In this document: positions 26,576-36,245 of the stretch, one piece after another
How positions within the stretch are numbered: position 1 is the stretch's first letter
Layout of the letters: every line of letters begins with the position of its first letter
DNA from: a virus
Virus record (IMG/VR): IMGVR_UViG_3300020057_000496
Span: 64,001-128,000 of that record
Reading direction: 5' to 3' (one strand)
DNA: 64,000 bases
Position numbers and translations under genes: made by a program
The notes under the pieces: generated by a model
Told to the model about the DNA's origin: nothing
Seen by the model: only the letters and a program-made list of their open reading frames with translations
Databases searched by the model: none

Positions 26576-27501
26576 TCGAACCCCATCCTTCCGCTCTCTT
26601 CGTCCGAAGAGGGCTTGCCCTTTTCTAGTTTACGCAGTACTGTACGCGCCTCGTCTAGCGGGATATCCATGATCTCTGTACTGATAATCAACTCAGTCAT
26701 CGCCGAAAAGCTCAGGCCATCCGACGCCTCCAGGAGTCCGTTGATCTTCTTTTCATTCACTTCCCCTATAAGTCCGAGCTTGATCTCGATATACTGCCGT
26801 CGCATAGCCGCATCCGGCTTCTTGACCTTGATTACTCTATCGAAGCGACGCGGTCTATTTACTATGCGTTTGTTTAACTTTTCGGGAAAATTAGTAGTTG
26901 CCACAATGAATGTACCATCAACCTGAGATTCGCCATCAAGTAGGCTAAGAATGCTCTGTTCGCCGAACTTGTCGATCAGTGCGTCGATGTCTTCCATGAA
27001 GACAAGACAGATACGACCAGGTTCAAGTGCGCGGAACATACGCAGCCCAGAAACGAACACTTCCGGGTTCGTGTCAGCCTGGAACGCCGGATAGCCCATC
27101 TCGACCGCACGAGCGATGGTCCGCATAACCGTACTTGTCTTACCGGCCCCCTGTGGCCCGTACAGCAGTATGTTCCGGCGGTGCGACAGTTTTAATTGCC
27201 GATACCGGTCGGCAACGCCACAGAATTTCGCGAATTCATTCGAGACGAGTTCCGCGACGGAGTCCGGCAATGCATAAAGCTCGTCGGCGTACATCAGCTC
27301 GGGCTTGATCACGACCGTCTCGCGAACTACTCGAAAACAGTACACGCCAGGAACAAGTGCTCGCGTAGAATCACGCGTTGGCGAAAAGTACCCACGGTCC
27401 ACTTGTGCCCAGGCGTCATGCGTTCCACTCGCATATGGCTTGTTAAGTGACCGGGATGGAATATAGGTATCCTCTTCGACATCGTAGTTAGTGATCGCCA
27501 T
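26572..27501 (-). CDS. AAA+ ATPase
   Basis: LLYGPQGAGKT, FMEDID, ATTNFPEKL...RPRRFD. Confidence 0.92.
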   Translation of the reverse strand: MAITNYDVEEDTYIPSRSLNKPYASGTHDAWAQVDRGYFSPTRDSTRALVPGVYCFRVVRETVVIKPELMYADELYALPDSVAELVSNEFAKFCGVADRYRQLKLSHRRNILLYGPQGAGKTSTVMRTIARAVEMGYPAFQADTNPEVFVSGLRMFRALEPGRICLVFMEDIDALIDKFGEQSILSLLDGESQVDGTFIVATTNFPEKLNKRIVNRPRRFDRVIKVKKPDAAMRRQYIEIKLGLIGEVNEKKINGLLEASDGLSFSAMTELIISTEIMDIPLDEARTVLRKLEKGKPSSDEESGRMGFD

Positions 27502-27655
27502 GCCGCTACGTCCACCTCGTATTGTTCCAGTAACTCTTTATTGACAAGAAATTGACACCCCCCCTCCCTAAAGGAAGGGGATTCCTACGGCGCTAAACGG
27601 GCGAAGTAACTGGGCGTGCCCCGCCCCTATAACAATCAACGACCTACGCCGTGAT

Positions 27656-28387
27656 TCAACAACTGCGAGCACCACGGACGGCGGAAACTAAGTCGTACTT
27701 CCGCTTACCTAAATCAAATTCGTGATCCTCCTGAAGCGGCGAGAACTGGTACGTATATTCATTGGCATAATTAGTAGCAAAGTCGAACATAGGTTTCGAC
27801 TTGATAACTGGACCAATGATTTGGTACGTAACTTCGATTGGCTCCTTGCCGGACTTCCGGTGTCGCCGGAATAGCTCACTTACTGTGTCCTCGTGATATC
27901 CGATAATCTTTATCGCGAAGGCGGTATCACCTTCCAGGCATGATTCTGAATACTGAATAAACAGTAGTTTTCCCCGCTCCCTCGGCGAGAACAAATTGTG
28001 AATCAAGCTTGACCGGTCCTCGACACAAGCTACGGAAGTGTTGTTCGTGACTCCAATTTGACTTACGTCAATGATTCTAAAACTGCCGTCATGGCTACGC
28101 CACCTCCGGTCGTGCATTAATCTATGACGAACCCGAAGATGCCTGGCAATCATGACGGAGGCCAGAATTCCCCTTTCGAGAGGATTAAGTCGGACGGACG
28201 GACGGCCCAAGCCGTACTGCCTCATAATCCCGGCGGTAATCAACAGCTCTTCCGGGGTAGCGTTGAGTCGTATGCCTGATCGAGATACGCCCGTTGTGGC
28301 GGGGTTATGTGTCCCCGTGCCTTCACCAGGAGAAGCACGTTCCGTTGTAGGTAGCCAAGGCTGCGCTTGGATTGCGTGAGAGTCCAT
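27656..28387 (-). CDS. Hypothetical protein
   Basis: 243-aa ORF with gagga RBS. Confidence 0.55.
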   Translation of the reverse strand: MDSHAIQAQPWLPTTERASPGEGTGTHNPATTGVSRSGIRLNATPEELLITAGIMRQYGLGRPSVRLNPLERGILASVMIARHLRVRHRLMHDRRWRSHDGSFRIIDVSQIGVTNNTSVACVEDRSSLIHNLFSPRERGKLLFIQYSESCLEGDTAFAIKIIGYHEDTVSELFRRHRKSGKEPIEVTYQIIGPVIKSKPMFDFATNYANEYTYQFSPLQEDHEFDLGKRKYDLVSAVRGARSC

Positions 28388-28465
28388 TCCTCTAGTATCT
28401 CGTCCCAGTCGCAGTTATAGCACACAATAGTGCTCCATGTCTCACTCGTGATATAATCATCATCA

Positions 28466-28816
28466 ATGGGTAGTTTAGTAGCGAAGATTGCTTTCCTCGC
28501 GGAAGGGCTTGGAATGAAACCCAAGTCGGTCACGCGGCTCTGCGGACTTAGCCTGTCTCGCCTTGGCAAAGAGAGGGCAACGTTTACGGGGCCGAACTTG
28601 AAGTACTTGTCCGAATTACTTTCGGTCCCCGAAGAGGAGCTTTACGTCACGGGGGAGTTCCTTCCGCGAGAACTCCATGACCTGGTGTATTCCGAACCGG
28701 TCGTCAAGTTTCTGCTTTGGCTCAATGCAAAGCCGGAGAAGGAGCGTCGGGAGATTTTCCTTCTGCTTCTGGCGCTTCAGAAATCAAACTTTGAAGAACC
28801 GAGACAGCCTGGCTAA
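28466..28816 (+). CDS. Putative HTH DNA-binding protein
   Basis: GMKPKSVTRLCGLSLSRL...LKYLSELLSVPEEELY, XRE-like. Confidence 0.5.
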   Translation: MGSLVAKIAFLAEGLGMKPKSVTRLCGLSLSRLGKERATFTGPNLKYLSELLSVPEEELYVTGEFLPRELHDLVYSEPVVKFLLWLNAKPEKERREIFLLLLALQKSNFEEPRQPG

Positions 28817-29381
28817 CGTCCGACCCGGCCTCGCGCTGGATCGCTGGCTTCATCCCGTCCAGCTCGGACTCTTCGCAAGCGGAGATGGTTCGAATACAAC
28901 GGAGTAGCTTTTTGACAGGGTCGTCCACGACGAGCCCGAGATCCTCCCGCGCCTGCGCGACTGAGTACTTGCCCAGCTCGCTGCACCGTTCATTGAAGTA
29001 CTCGATCAATTCGAACGCAGACTTCCCGAGCGCGCCGTCGTGCTTGACGGCTAGGTTGAAGTAGCCCTGCTCATACATATTCAGGTCGGCGTACTTGACC
29101 TCGCCGTGCGCGAGGATCTTGTCGTTGATGTCGGCGTACTTCCGAACAGCCAACGGGCGCTCGCCAAGGATCTCGGCGGCGTTAGCAGCCGCCTGCTTAC
29201 GGGTCCGCCCGGCGGCAACCTCGTCGTCCATGAGATGTACGGCCATCCCAGTCTTGACCTGCCAGGCCCGGGCCTCAAACAGGCCGACCTGTACGTACAT
29301 GTCACGAACGTCGTCCCGCGCCGTCGGGTATGTATAGGTGTCTCCGTTCAGCGCCCGTAGGGCCTCTTTCAAATTGGTCAT
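28722..29381 (-). CDS. Hypothetical protein
   Basis: 219-aa ORF. Confidence 0.55.
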   Translation of the reverse strand: MTNLKEALRALNGDTYTYPTARDDVRDMYVQVGLFEARAWQVKTGMAVHLMDDEVAAGRTRKQAAANAAEILGERPLAVRKYADINDKILAHGEVKYADLNMYEQGYFNLAVKHDGALGKSAFELIEYFNERCSELGKYSVAQAREDLGLVVDDPVKKLLRCIRTISACEESELDGMKPAIQREAGSDVSQAVSVLQSLISEAPEAEGKSPDAPSPALH

Positions 29382-29486
29382 GGCCTTTACTTACGATTCC
29401 CACAACAGAAAGGGAAGCGATTTCTTCCGCCGAGCTTACTCTCGACCATAAACCACTTGCCTTTCTGCTCGAAAGGCTTCATACTC

Positions 29487-30617
29487 ATGGAGTTGGATAT
29501 CAAATCAAATAGACCTCAACTTGGACACATCATTAGCAATGTCGCTAAGGGTGCCGAGCAGAAACGATATAGGCCCCGCGTCTCGAACTCGGGCTCCTGC
29601 CCGCGTGCCTTGACCTACGCGGCCCTTGGGACGCAAGGGTCTGGGGGCGGAAACCCCGTTCTCCTTTTCGACGGCTCGCTCCACGAGGACGCCACTGTCC
29701 ATTGGCTTAAGCAGGGAGGGTGCGAGGTCATTTTACGTCAGCAGGGCCTGGACATCGGGGTGATCGAGGGGGAAGACTCGCCGCCCTGGTTCTGTGAATT
29801 TTGCGAAAAGGAGATTGCCGGTAACATCCTACATGGACACATCGATGGGGTAATCGATGACGGCAATCACTACTATCTTTTCGAACACAAAGGGTTAGGT
29901 GATTTTGGCTTTGACAATTTAAGTCGGGAATTTCCGGTCGGGTACATCACGCAGTCCTGTGCCTACATCAAGGGACTCCAGAATGCCGGGTTCGAGATCA
30001 GCTCGGGGCTTTTGTTCGTCAAGAACAAGAACAACTCGGACTACCGGCAGATCTATATCGAATACGACAGCGAGACGGACATCGCCAGAGTAGAGAACGA
30101 ATGGAACGGCCATGTCGATCTCTTCGCGTCGGTAGTAAGGGACCTGATAGACTTACACCAGGTAGTCGCCGTAGCAAAGCAGCCGGGAGCAAACTTACCG
30201 GCGAGACCGTATGACCAGGACCACTGGAAGTGCATATACTGCGATTTTAGAGAGCCTTGTTGGTCTACCCATGCCCAGGAGGTAAGTAATTTTGTCTCCA
30301 AGGAAAAGATGTCACGGGACAGTAAGCTTGGCCGGGCGGTCGCCGAACTTATGCGGGTACGTGGCGAGAAGGCCACGGTAAGTGAGCAAGAGAAAGTAGC
30401 CAAGCGTGCGATTCATTCCCTACTTGGCGAGTTACAGATAAGGAGTGGAGAGACGGAAGACTTCAAGTTCTGGCTCAGTCCGTTTGAAAAGAAAACGCTT
30501 GACGAGAACAGGATTCCGGCGGACATTGTACAGGCAGCAACAAGAAGGATGACGTTCCAGTCGATCAAAATAAAGACGAACGAGACAGGCGCACGTTCGT
30601 CGGAACACGAACAATAA
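29487..30617 (+). CDS. PD-(D/E)XK (Cas4/RecB-like) phage exonuclease
   Basis: SGSCPR...GHIDG...FEHK...Q..AY...CIYCDFREPC. Confidence 0.8.
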   Translation: MELDIKSNRPQLGHIISNVAKGAEQKRYRPRVSNSGSCPRALTYAALGTQGSGGGNPVLLFDGSLHEDATVHWLKQGGCEVILRQQGLDIGVIEGEDSPPWFCEFCEKEIAGNILHGHIDGVIDDGNHYYLFEHKGLGDFGFDNLSREFPVGYITQSCAYIKGLQNAGFEISSGLLFVKNKNNSDYRQIYIEYDSETDIARVENEWNGHVDLFASVVRDLIDLHQVVAVAKQPGANLPARPYDQDHWKCIYCDFREPCWSTHAQEVSNFVSKEKMSRDSKLGRAVAELMRVRGEKATVSEQEKVAKRAIHSLLGELQIRSGETEDFKFWLSPFEKKTLDENRIPADIVQAATRRMTFQSIKIKTNETGARSSEHEQ

Positions 30618-30627
30618 GGATAAGACG

Positions 30628-31533
30628 ATGGGTTTCAAAACAGCAAAAAGGGAAAAGCTACTCGGGAGAGTCGGCATCTGTGCACCGTCTGGTGCCGGCA
30701 AGACTTACGGCGGACTACTACTGGCGGACGGGCTCGCCGGTGAGGGCGGGAAGATTCTCGTCATCGATTCAGAAAAGGGCAAGTCCCGCATGCACGTCGG
30801 GAAGCCTGGCATTCCGGCCTATCAGGTCCAGGACATCAACAAACCGTACACGCCACAACGTTACATGGATTTGATGGACGAGGCGGCACGAGAAAAGCCA
30901 GACGTACTACTAATCGACAGCATCTCGCACGCCTGGGCAGGCGAGGGCGGCGTACTTGAGATGGTAGACCGCGCGAAGACCGGCGGTAATAATTTCGTGG
31001 CATGGCGGACACTTACGCCGATACACAATAAGTTTGTTGACCACATTCTAGAGCTTCCGTGTCACGTTATTGTCACGATGCGCACGAGGACGGAATGGAT
31101 TACGGAAAAGAACGACCAAGGAAAGGTCGCGCCACGCAAGATTGGTCTAGCACCAATCCAGCGTGACGGCATGGAGTACGAGTTCGATCTCGTTCTGGAT
31201 ATCGACCGAGAGCGACACATGGCGACTGCCAGCAAGGACCGGACTTCACTGTTCGACGAAATTCCTTTCTTTCTTTCGAAGGAGCACGGAGTAATGCTCC
31301 GGAAGTACCTTAATTCCGGAGAAGACGCCGCGCCGATACAGCCGGCCCCACCGGTAGCTCCACCTGTGGAGAGCGACCTAACCCCGGCGATGCGCAATCG
31401 CCTTAACGCCCTGGCACAGGAGGCTGGATTCGAGAATCTCGTCACGGCACTTGAAGCACTAGAGTTTCCACTTAAGACAAAGGAAGACGGCGCGGCGCTA
31501 GCCGAACTTCTAAAGCAACGGAAAGCGTCCTAA
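30628..31533 (+). CDS. Sak4-like AAA_24 ssDNA-annealing ATPase
   Basis: APSGAGKTY, IDSISHAWAGEGG, QRDGMEYEFD, KDRT. Confidence 0.85.
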   Translation: MGFKTAKREKLLGRVGICAPSGAGKTYGGLLLADGLAGEGGKILVIDSEKGKSRMHVGKPGIPAYQVQDINKPYTPQRYMDLMDEAAREKPDVLLIDSISHAWAGEGGVLEMVDRAKTGGNNFVAWRTLTPIHNKFVDHILELPCHVIVTMRTRTEWITEKNDQGKVAPRKIGLAPIQRDGMEYEFDLVLDIDRERHMATASKDRTSLFDEIPFFLSKEHGVMLRKYLNSGEDAAPIQPAPPVAPPVESDLTPAMRNRLNALAQEAGFENLVTALEALEFPLKTKEDGAALAELLKQRKAS

Positions 31534-31571
31534 GCTGAGTCTTACCAGACTCAATGAGGAGTGTATAGAAA

Positions 31572-31955
31572 ATGCGATCGATCAATAAAATCACCATCGT
31601 GGGAAACGTCGGCAGCGACCCCAAGAAGATTGAAACCAAGAAGGGGGATATGGCGTCCTTCTCTGTCGCGACTTCACGGAAGTGGAAGGACGGCGACGGC
31701 GGCGACCACGAGGAGACACAGTGGCATCGCTGCATTGCGTTCGGTCCGGTTGCCAAGATTGCGCTGGACTACGTAAAGAAGGGTTCGCCACTTTACGTCG
31801 AGGGCGAGATGCGGTACAGTAAGTACCAGAACGACGACGGCGTCGAGGTTCCGACGGCCGATGTCCGCATCCGTGACCTTGTTCTCCTGCCTTCCGGCAA
31901 GGGCAAGGCCCCAGAGGGCGGCAGCTATGATGGCGAGGACGTAGTTCCGTTCTAA
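31572..31955 (+). CDS. ssb: Single-stranded DNA-binding protein
   Basis: SINKITIVGNVGSDP...TQWHRC...KGSPLYVEG, acidic tail ending VPF. Confidence 0.95.
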   Translation: MRSINKITIVGNVGSDPKKIETKKGDMASFSVATSRKWKDGDGGDHEETQWHRCIAFGPVAKIALDYVKKGSPLYVEGEMRYSKYQNDDGVEVPTADVRIRDLVLLPSGKGKAPEGGSYDGEDVVPF

Positions 31956-31991
31956 GAATAAGGGGCTCTTCGAAAGGGGAGCCCCTTATTC
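31956..31991 (+). terminator. Hairpin after ssb (possible terminator)
   Basis: gaataaggggctc...gagccccttattc inverted repeat. Confidence 0.6.
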
Positions 31992-31992
31992 T

Positions 31993-32131
31993 GGTTCAAG
32001 GGATAAACCTCTTGAATAAAGTTTCGGCGGTCGGTACGACCGTTTCAGCCAAGTGCCCTGCCGTAAGTCTTTCCTCTGGGAAGCAAGTGGTTTGCTTGGA
32101 AACCCCTATGCTTTAGCGTAGGGGTAGTTCA
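31993..32131 (+). ncRNA. Stand-alone IS605 right end / omegaRNA-like sequence without tnpB
   Basis: gcggtcggtacgaccgt...gtaagtc...ggaaacccctatgctttagcgtaggggtagttca. Confidence 0.5.
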
Positions 32132-32240
32132 TTCTGAGAGCACAACGAAAGGTGTCGAACTTACGATACCAAAAGGTGAGGTGTCGATACTTCGGCACCG
32201 TGTCGTACTTCGATATCGTAAAGAAAAAAGACATGTATAA

Positions 32241-32789
32241 TTGCGGTATGTAGGCGTAGACTTCGACAACAGGTGCCAACGTTACAGGGTAAGACTAACA
32301 CGGGACGGGTTTGTCTTTCACTTAGGCCACTTCGACACGATCAAGAAGGCGGCCGCCTGGCGTTCGGAGTGCGAAGAAAAGCACCGCCAGGGTAAGCCAT
32401 TCGACTACGTACACCGCTACGTCACGCCAGCCCGCAAAAAGAAACAAGAGGTAGACGGCTATCTCTTTAAGATAAACTGTCTCCCGGAAGCACACACGGA
32501 CGTGCCGGAACGCAACCTGTTGATTGCTATTCTTATCCAAGCAATCAAAGACGCTACCCTGAGTCAGAACATTGAAATCCGTACGGCCGCGCATACTTGG
32601 TTTGCGGGGACACAGCCGAACACTGGTCTATTTTCATTTAACGACGTCTGTGAAGAGCTTGGGATAGGGCAAACGAAGGTTCTCTTGACGATCGCACAGT
32701 TTCATCAACGTCGGTCCTCGGTCCGCGTGCTCAGCGGACGCCGGACCGTACAATCATCTAAGCCGAAGAAGTCGCTCGACCCAATCTAG
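32241..32789 (+). CDS. AP2-like DNA-binding domain fused to a helical domain
   Basis: YVGVDFDNRCQRYRVRL...HLGHFDTIKKAAAWR; PERNLLIAILIQAIKD...FSFNDVCEEL. Confidence 0.65.
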   Translation: MRYVGVDFDNRCQRYRVRLTRDGFVFHLGHFDTIKKAAAWRSECEEKHRQGKPFDYVHRYVTPARKKKQEVDGYLFKINCLPEAHTDVPERNLLIAILIQAIKDATLSQNIEIRTAAHTWFAGTQPNTGLFSFNDVCEELGIGQTKVLLTIAQFHQRRSSVRVLSGRRTVQSSKPKKSLDPI

Positions 32790-32819
32790 GCGCCGGGCTT
32801 CGGTTGCGACGGAGGATCA

Positions 32820-35723
32820 ATGGCGAACGACCGGTTCGTGGTCCACCTTCTCTTGATGAGCGGAGAGAAGGTAATCTTAAGGCCAAACGGGGCACTGTCG
32901 CCCCTCCTGTTCGAAACATACAGGACCGCCTGTAAGCGAGCCGGGGCGGTGTACGACGGCCGGAACTATGTCTCGACTTTATCGAACATCCGGCGTGTCA
33001 GCGACGAACTAGTCAATCTAGGCTTTCGTCCGAATCCTTCTGCTCAGCTCACGAAGGCGATCACCGGCACGCGTACTCAGAATGAAGACCACCTGAAGTC
33101 CGTCAATCTTCTTCTCGCCAAGCAGGGAGTCACCCTAAGACAATACCAAGAAGACGCTGTTCGTATTCTGAATAAGCGTAAGTCGTTCCTGTTGTGCGAT
33201 AAACCGGGGACAGGGAAGCAGCAGCCTGTTGATACCCTGGTCATAACTCCGTCAGGGTGGCGTAGAATTGGAGACTTAAGAATTGGTGATGTCGTTACTA
33301 GCTCAACTGGGCAGTCGTGTAACGTAACGGCCATTTACCCGCAAGGCATTAAGCCTAGTTATCGCATCACAATGGACGACGGTAGCTTTACGGAGGCTGG
33401 ACCAGACCACCTCTGGCTAGTTGAGCACAATCGTGGCGGCAAGGTTCGAGTTGGCAAAAAGTGGAACACCATGATTCTTACTACGGACCAATTGCGACTT
33501 AAGCCTATTCTAATACCAGGAGGGGGTGGGCGGACCGGCCGTAAGGCGCTACTGAATCTCTCAACTGGGTACTTTAGAATGCCCATGCTGAGTGGTCCGG
33601 TTAACTTCGATCAAGATAATCAACCGTTACCAATTGCTCCGTACCTACTTGGCGCGCTAATCGCAAACGGCAGCTTGGCTGGTGGCGCAACAATATTAAC
33701 AATTAATGAAAATGATACCACAGAAGTACTCTTGAAGCTTAAGTCACTAGGCTATGTACCAAGCAGTCAGCGTAAAGGAAGTGGCTGCGATGCCCTACTT
33801 TTGTCAGGCTTAAAGAGTAAGATTAATACACTTGGATTAAGCGTGTTAAGTCCATTTAAATTCATTCCGCAGCAATACTTAAGTAATTCCATTAATGCAA
33901 GGATCGAACTACTACACGGACTAATGGATTGCGATGGATCAATATCTTGCGTGCGAAATCGTGTCGCTTATTTCACATCTAGTTTAAAATTAGCCATGGA
34001 CGTTATTTCCCTAGTGGAGCAATTAGGTGGAACGGGCAAGCTCTTCACGTCAGACGGGCGTTTCGAGAATAGGGGGATAGGGTATAGGGTTATATTTAAA
34101 TTTCCAATTCTACTTAAGCCATTCAGTCTCACTAGAAAGGCATCTAGATATCGCCCGCAACAATGGTCCATGCCAACGCGACGAGTAGAGTCCGTTCAGT
34201 ACGTTGCCGACAAAGAATCAGTATGTATTACCGTCGATTCACCGGACAACCTATACGTTACCGAACACTGCATCGTAACTCATAATACCAAAGAAGCAAT
34301 CGCAGCACTACCTAACGACGCGGCAGTGGTCGTTGTCTGTCCCAAGGTAGCCAAGCTGTCCGTCTGGAAGCCGGAATTCGAGCAGACACGACCAGGCTTT
34401 AAAGTTTCCGTTTTGCGCGGGCTACACAGCTTTCGTTGGCCTAAGCCTGGCGAAGTCGTTATTACGGGGTACTCCACCCTGCCGTCACGCGTACATATTC
34501 CGGAGAACAAGGACTGGGGTATTGAGAAGAGCCGGAGTCATCGCTCACTTAAGCACGAGTGTTACGATATAGCGACTCAGCAACTCGTCAAGGTTCCGCT
34601 TGAGGCGCCGTGTAAGGATACGTATATCATCGCCGACGAATGCCAGTACGTATTCAATCCTAACGCACAGAGGACTAAGGCGTTCAACGGACTCTTACGG
34701 AATCTCCGGAGGGCTAACGGGACCGCCTGGGGCCTTACGGGAACACCGCTTGACACTAACCCCATGCAACTCTGGCACCTGCTTGAGTGTTTTGACCTTG
34801 CGCAAGAGGCGTACGTGGACTTCCCTAATTTCTTGCGCATTTACGGTGGTCGGAAATCAGGATTTGGTTCGACTGTAGACAAGAAGACGAACACAAAGAA
34901 GAAGGGGTTCAATCGATCGTTCGAGTGGAATATTCCTGGACCCAACAGTCAGCCAAATAAAGAAGCGGTAGACGGACTACGCCGGGTCTCCCTCATGCGC
35001 AAGATGGAAGACGTCATGTCCGAAGTCCCTCCACTGACTATCATCGACGTACCAGTCGAGATCGACGAACTTACTATCGCGCAGTGTAATCGTGCCGTCG
35101 AGGAGCTGGACCGCATTGGGGTCAGCCTGGACGACGCCATTAATCAGTGCATCAATAATGCTGGCGGAAATATCCCATTCCAGGAGATGTCTACCGCCAA
35201 CAAGATGCTGGCTACTGCCAAGGTGCCGTTTGCTCTTGATTTTATCGAACCATACGAGTCGGCGAAAGAGCCGTTCCTTTTGTTTTCGATGCACGTCGAT
35301 CCGCTTAAGTTGTTCGAAAAAAGAGACAACTGGGGTGTGATCACCGGCAAGGTAACGGACCTGCGTCGGACCAAAATCATTAACTCATTCAAGGCCGGAG
35401 AGATCAACAATCTAGCGATCTCCATGAAAGCGGCCGGGGTCGCGCTAAGCCTGGAACGTGCGGCTTACTCGCTGTTCATCGACTTCGCGTACGCCCCGGC
35501 AATGAACGAGCAAGCGGCGATGCGTATCCGTCGCATGACCCAGCGGCGTCCGCAATTCGTATATAGGCTCATCGCAAACCATGCTCTAGATATTCGCAAA
35601 ATAGAACTACTTGACGAGCGGGAAAGTATAATTAACGCAACGACGGACGCTTCTAGGATTACAGGCAGACCAGACAGCCTTCTGGCGGAAAGCGAATCGG
35701 GACAGAAGAGTTTCGTGCTATAG
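32820..35723 (+). CDS. SNF2-family helicase containing an intein
   Basis: LRQYQ, DKPGTGK|T split by intein, IADECQ, LTGTP, AAGVALSL, QAAMRIRR. Confidence 0.9.
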   Translation: MANDRFVVHLLLMSGEKVILRPNGALSPLLFETYRTACKRAGAVYDGRNYVSTLSNIRRVSDELVNLGFRPNPSAQLTKAITGTRTQNEDHLKSVNLLLAKQGVTLRQYQEDAVRILNKRKSFLLCDKPGTGKQQPVDTLVITPSGWRRIGDLRIGDVVTSSTGQSCNVTAIYPQGIKPSYRITMDDGSFTEAGPDHLWLVEHNRGGKVRVGKKWNTMILTTDQLRLKPILIPGGGGRTGRKALLNLSTGYFRMPMLSGPVNFDQDNQPLPIAPYLLGALIANGSLAGGATILTINENDTTEVLLKLKSLGYVPSSQRKGSGCDALLLSGLKSKINTLGLSVLSPFKFIPQQYLSNSINARIELLHGLMDCDGSISCVRNRVAYFTSSLKLAMDVISLVEQLGGTGKLFTSDGRFENRGIGYRVIFKFPILLKPFSLTRKASRYRPQQWSMPTRRVESVQYVADKESVCITVDSPDNLYVTEHCIVTHNTKEAIAALPNDAAVVVVCPKVAKLSVWKPEFEQTRPGFKVSVLRGLHSFRWPKPGEVVITGYSTLPSRVHIPENKDWGIEKSRSHRSLKHECYDIATQQLVKVPLEAPCKDTYIIADECQYVFNPNAQRTKAFNGLLRNLRRANGTAWGLTGTPLDTNPMQLWHLLECFDLAQEAYVDFPNFLRIYGGRKSGFGSTVDKKTNTKKKGFNRSFEWNIPGPNSQPNKEAVDGLRRVSLMRKMEDVMSEVPPLTIIDVPVEIDELTIAQCNRAVEELDRIGVSLDDAINQCINNAGGNIPFQEMSTANKMLATAKVPFALDFIEPYESAKEPFLLFSMHVDPLKLFEKRDNWGVITGKVTDLRRTKIINSFKAGEINNLAISMKAAGVALSLERAAYSLFIDFAYAPAMNEQAAMRIRRMTQRRPQFVYRLIANHALDIRKIELLDERESIINATTDASRITGRPDSLLAESESGQKSFVL
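33219..34286 (+). mobile_element. Intein (356 aa) with LAGLIDADG endonuclease, class 3-like
   Basis: Starts QQPVDTLVITPSG, ends VTHN before T; YLLGALIANG and LLHGLMDCDG; W in block B, C in block F. Confidence 0.88.
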
Positions 35724-35729
35724 TAATAC

Positions 35730-36209
35730 ATGGACAGTTTCGAGAAACTATATACCAAATTCAAGAAATCCAGCTTTCAGTTAAATCAGTTCTGTAAGAC
35801 TCGGAAGATTAATCCGGCCACGTTCAGGCGTAAGGCCCAAAAGGAACACTCCGCAGAATGGGCCGCACTGATAGCTTCCCGGAAGCCCAAGACATCGGCG
35901 TACGCTCTCGGTCGGGCGTTCGAATATACTGTCAGGAATCTCTTGAGAAAGAACGGATACTTCGTAGTACGTTCGGCGCAGTCGAAGGGTGCCGCCGACC
36001 TCGTAGCACTCGCACGCGGGGTGGTTATTTTAGTCCAGTGCAAGCGGGGTGGAAGTATCCCGGCCGCAGAAAAGGAACACCTTCTTGCTCTAGCGGAACG
36101 AATAGGGGCGCAGGCCGTGCTCGCCGACCGCGCGACCGGACGTGGTGTCAACCTCCAGTTGCTTTCCGCCGTAGGACTCCATAGCTTTGTCCTTGAAGAT
36201 TTTAGTTGA
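35730..36209 (+). CDS. Hjc-like Holliday junction resolvase
   Basis: GRAFEYTVRNLL...GYFVVRSAQSKGAADLVA...VQCK. Confidence 0.8.
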   Translation: MDSFEKLYTKFKKSSFQLNQFCKTRKINPATFRRKAQKEHSAEWAALIASRKPKTSAYALGRAFEYTVRNLLRKNGYFVVRSAQSKGAADLVALARGVVILVQCKRGGSIPAAEKEHLLALAERIGAQAVLADRATGRGVNLQLLSAVGLHSFVLEDFS

Positions 36210-36234
36210 CTTTCCGCTCAGGCGGGAGTAAAAT
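36206..36234 (+). promoter_or_regulatory. Putative sigma70 promoter
   Basis: TTGACT-17 nt-TAAAAT. Confidence 0.5.
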
Positions 36235-36245
36235 ATGGGGCTTTA

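Noticed and set aside
29487-30617. CRISPR-associated Cas4
   Set aside because: Context (Sak4-like ATPase, SSB) indicates a phage recombination exonuclease; no cas1/cas2
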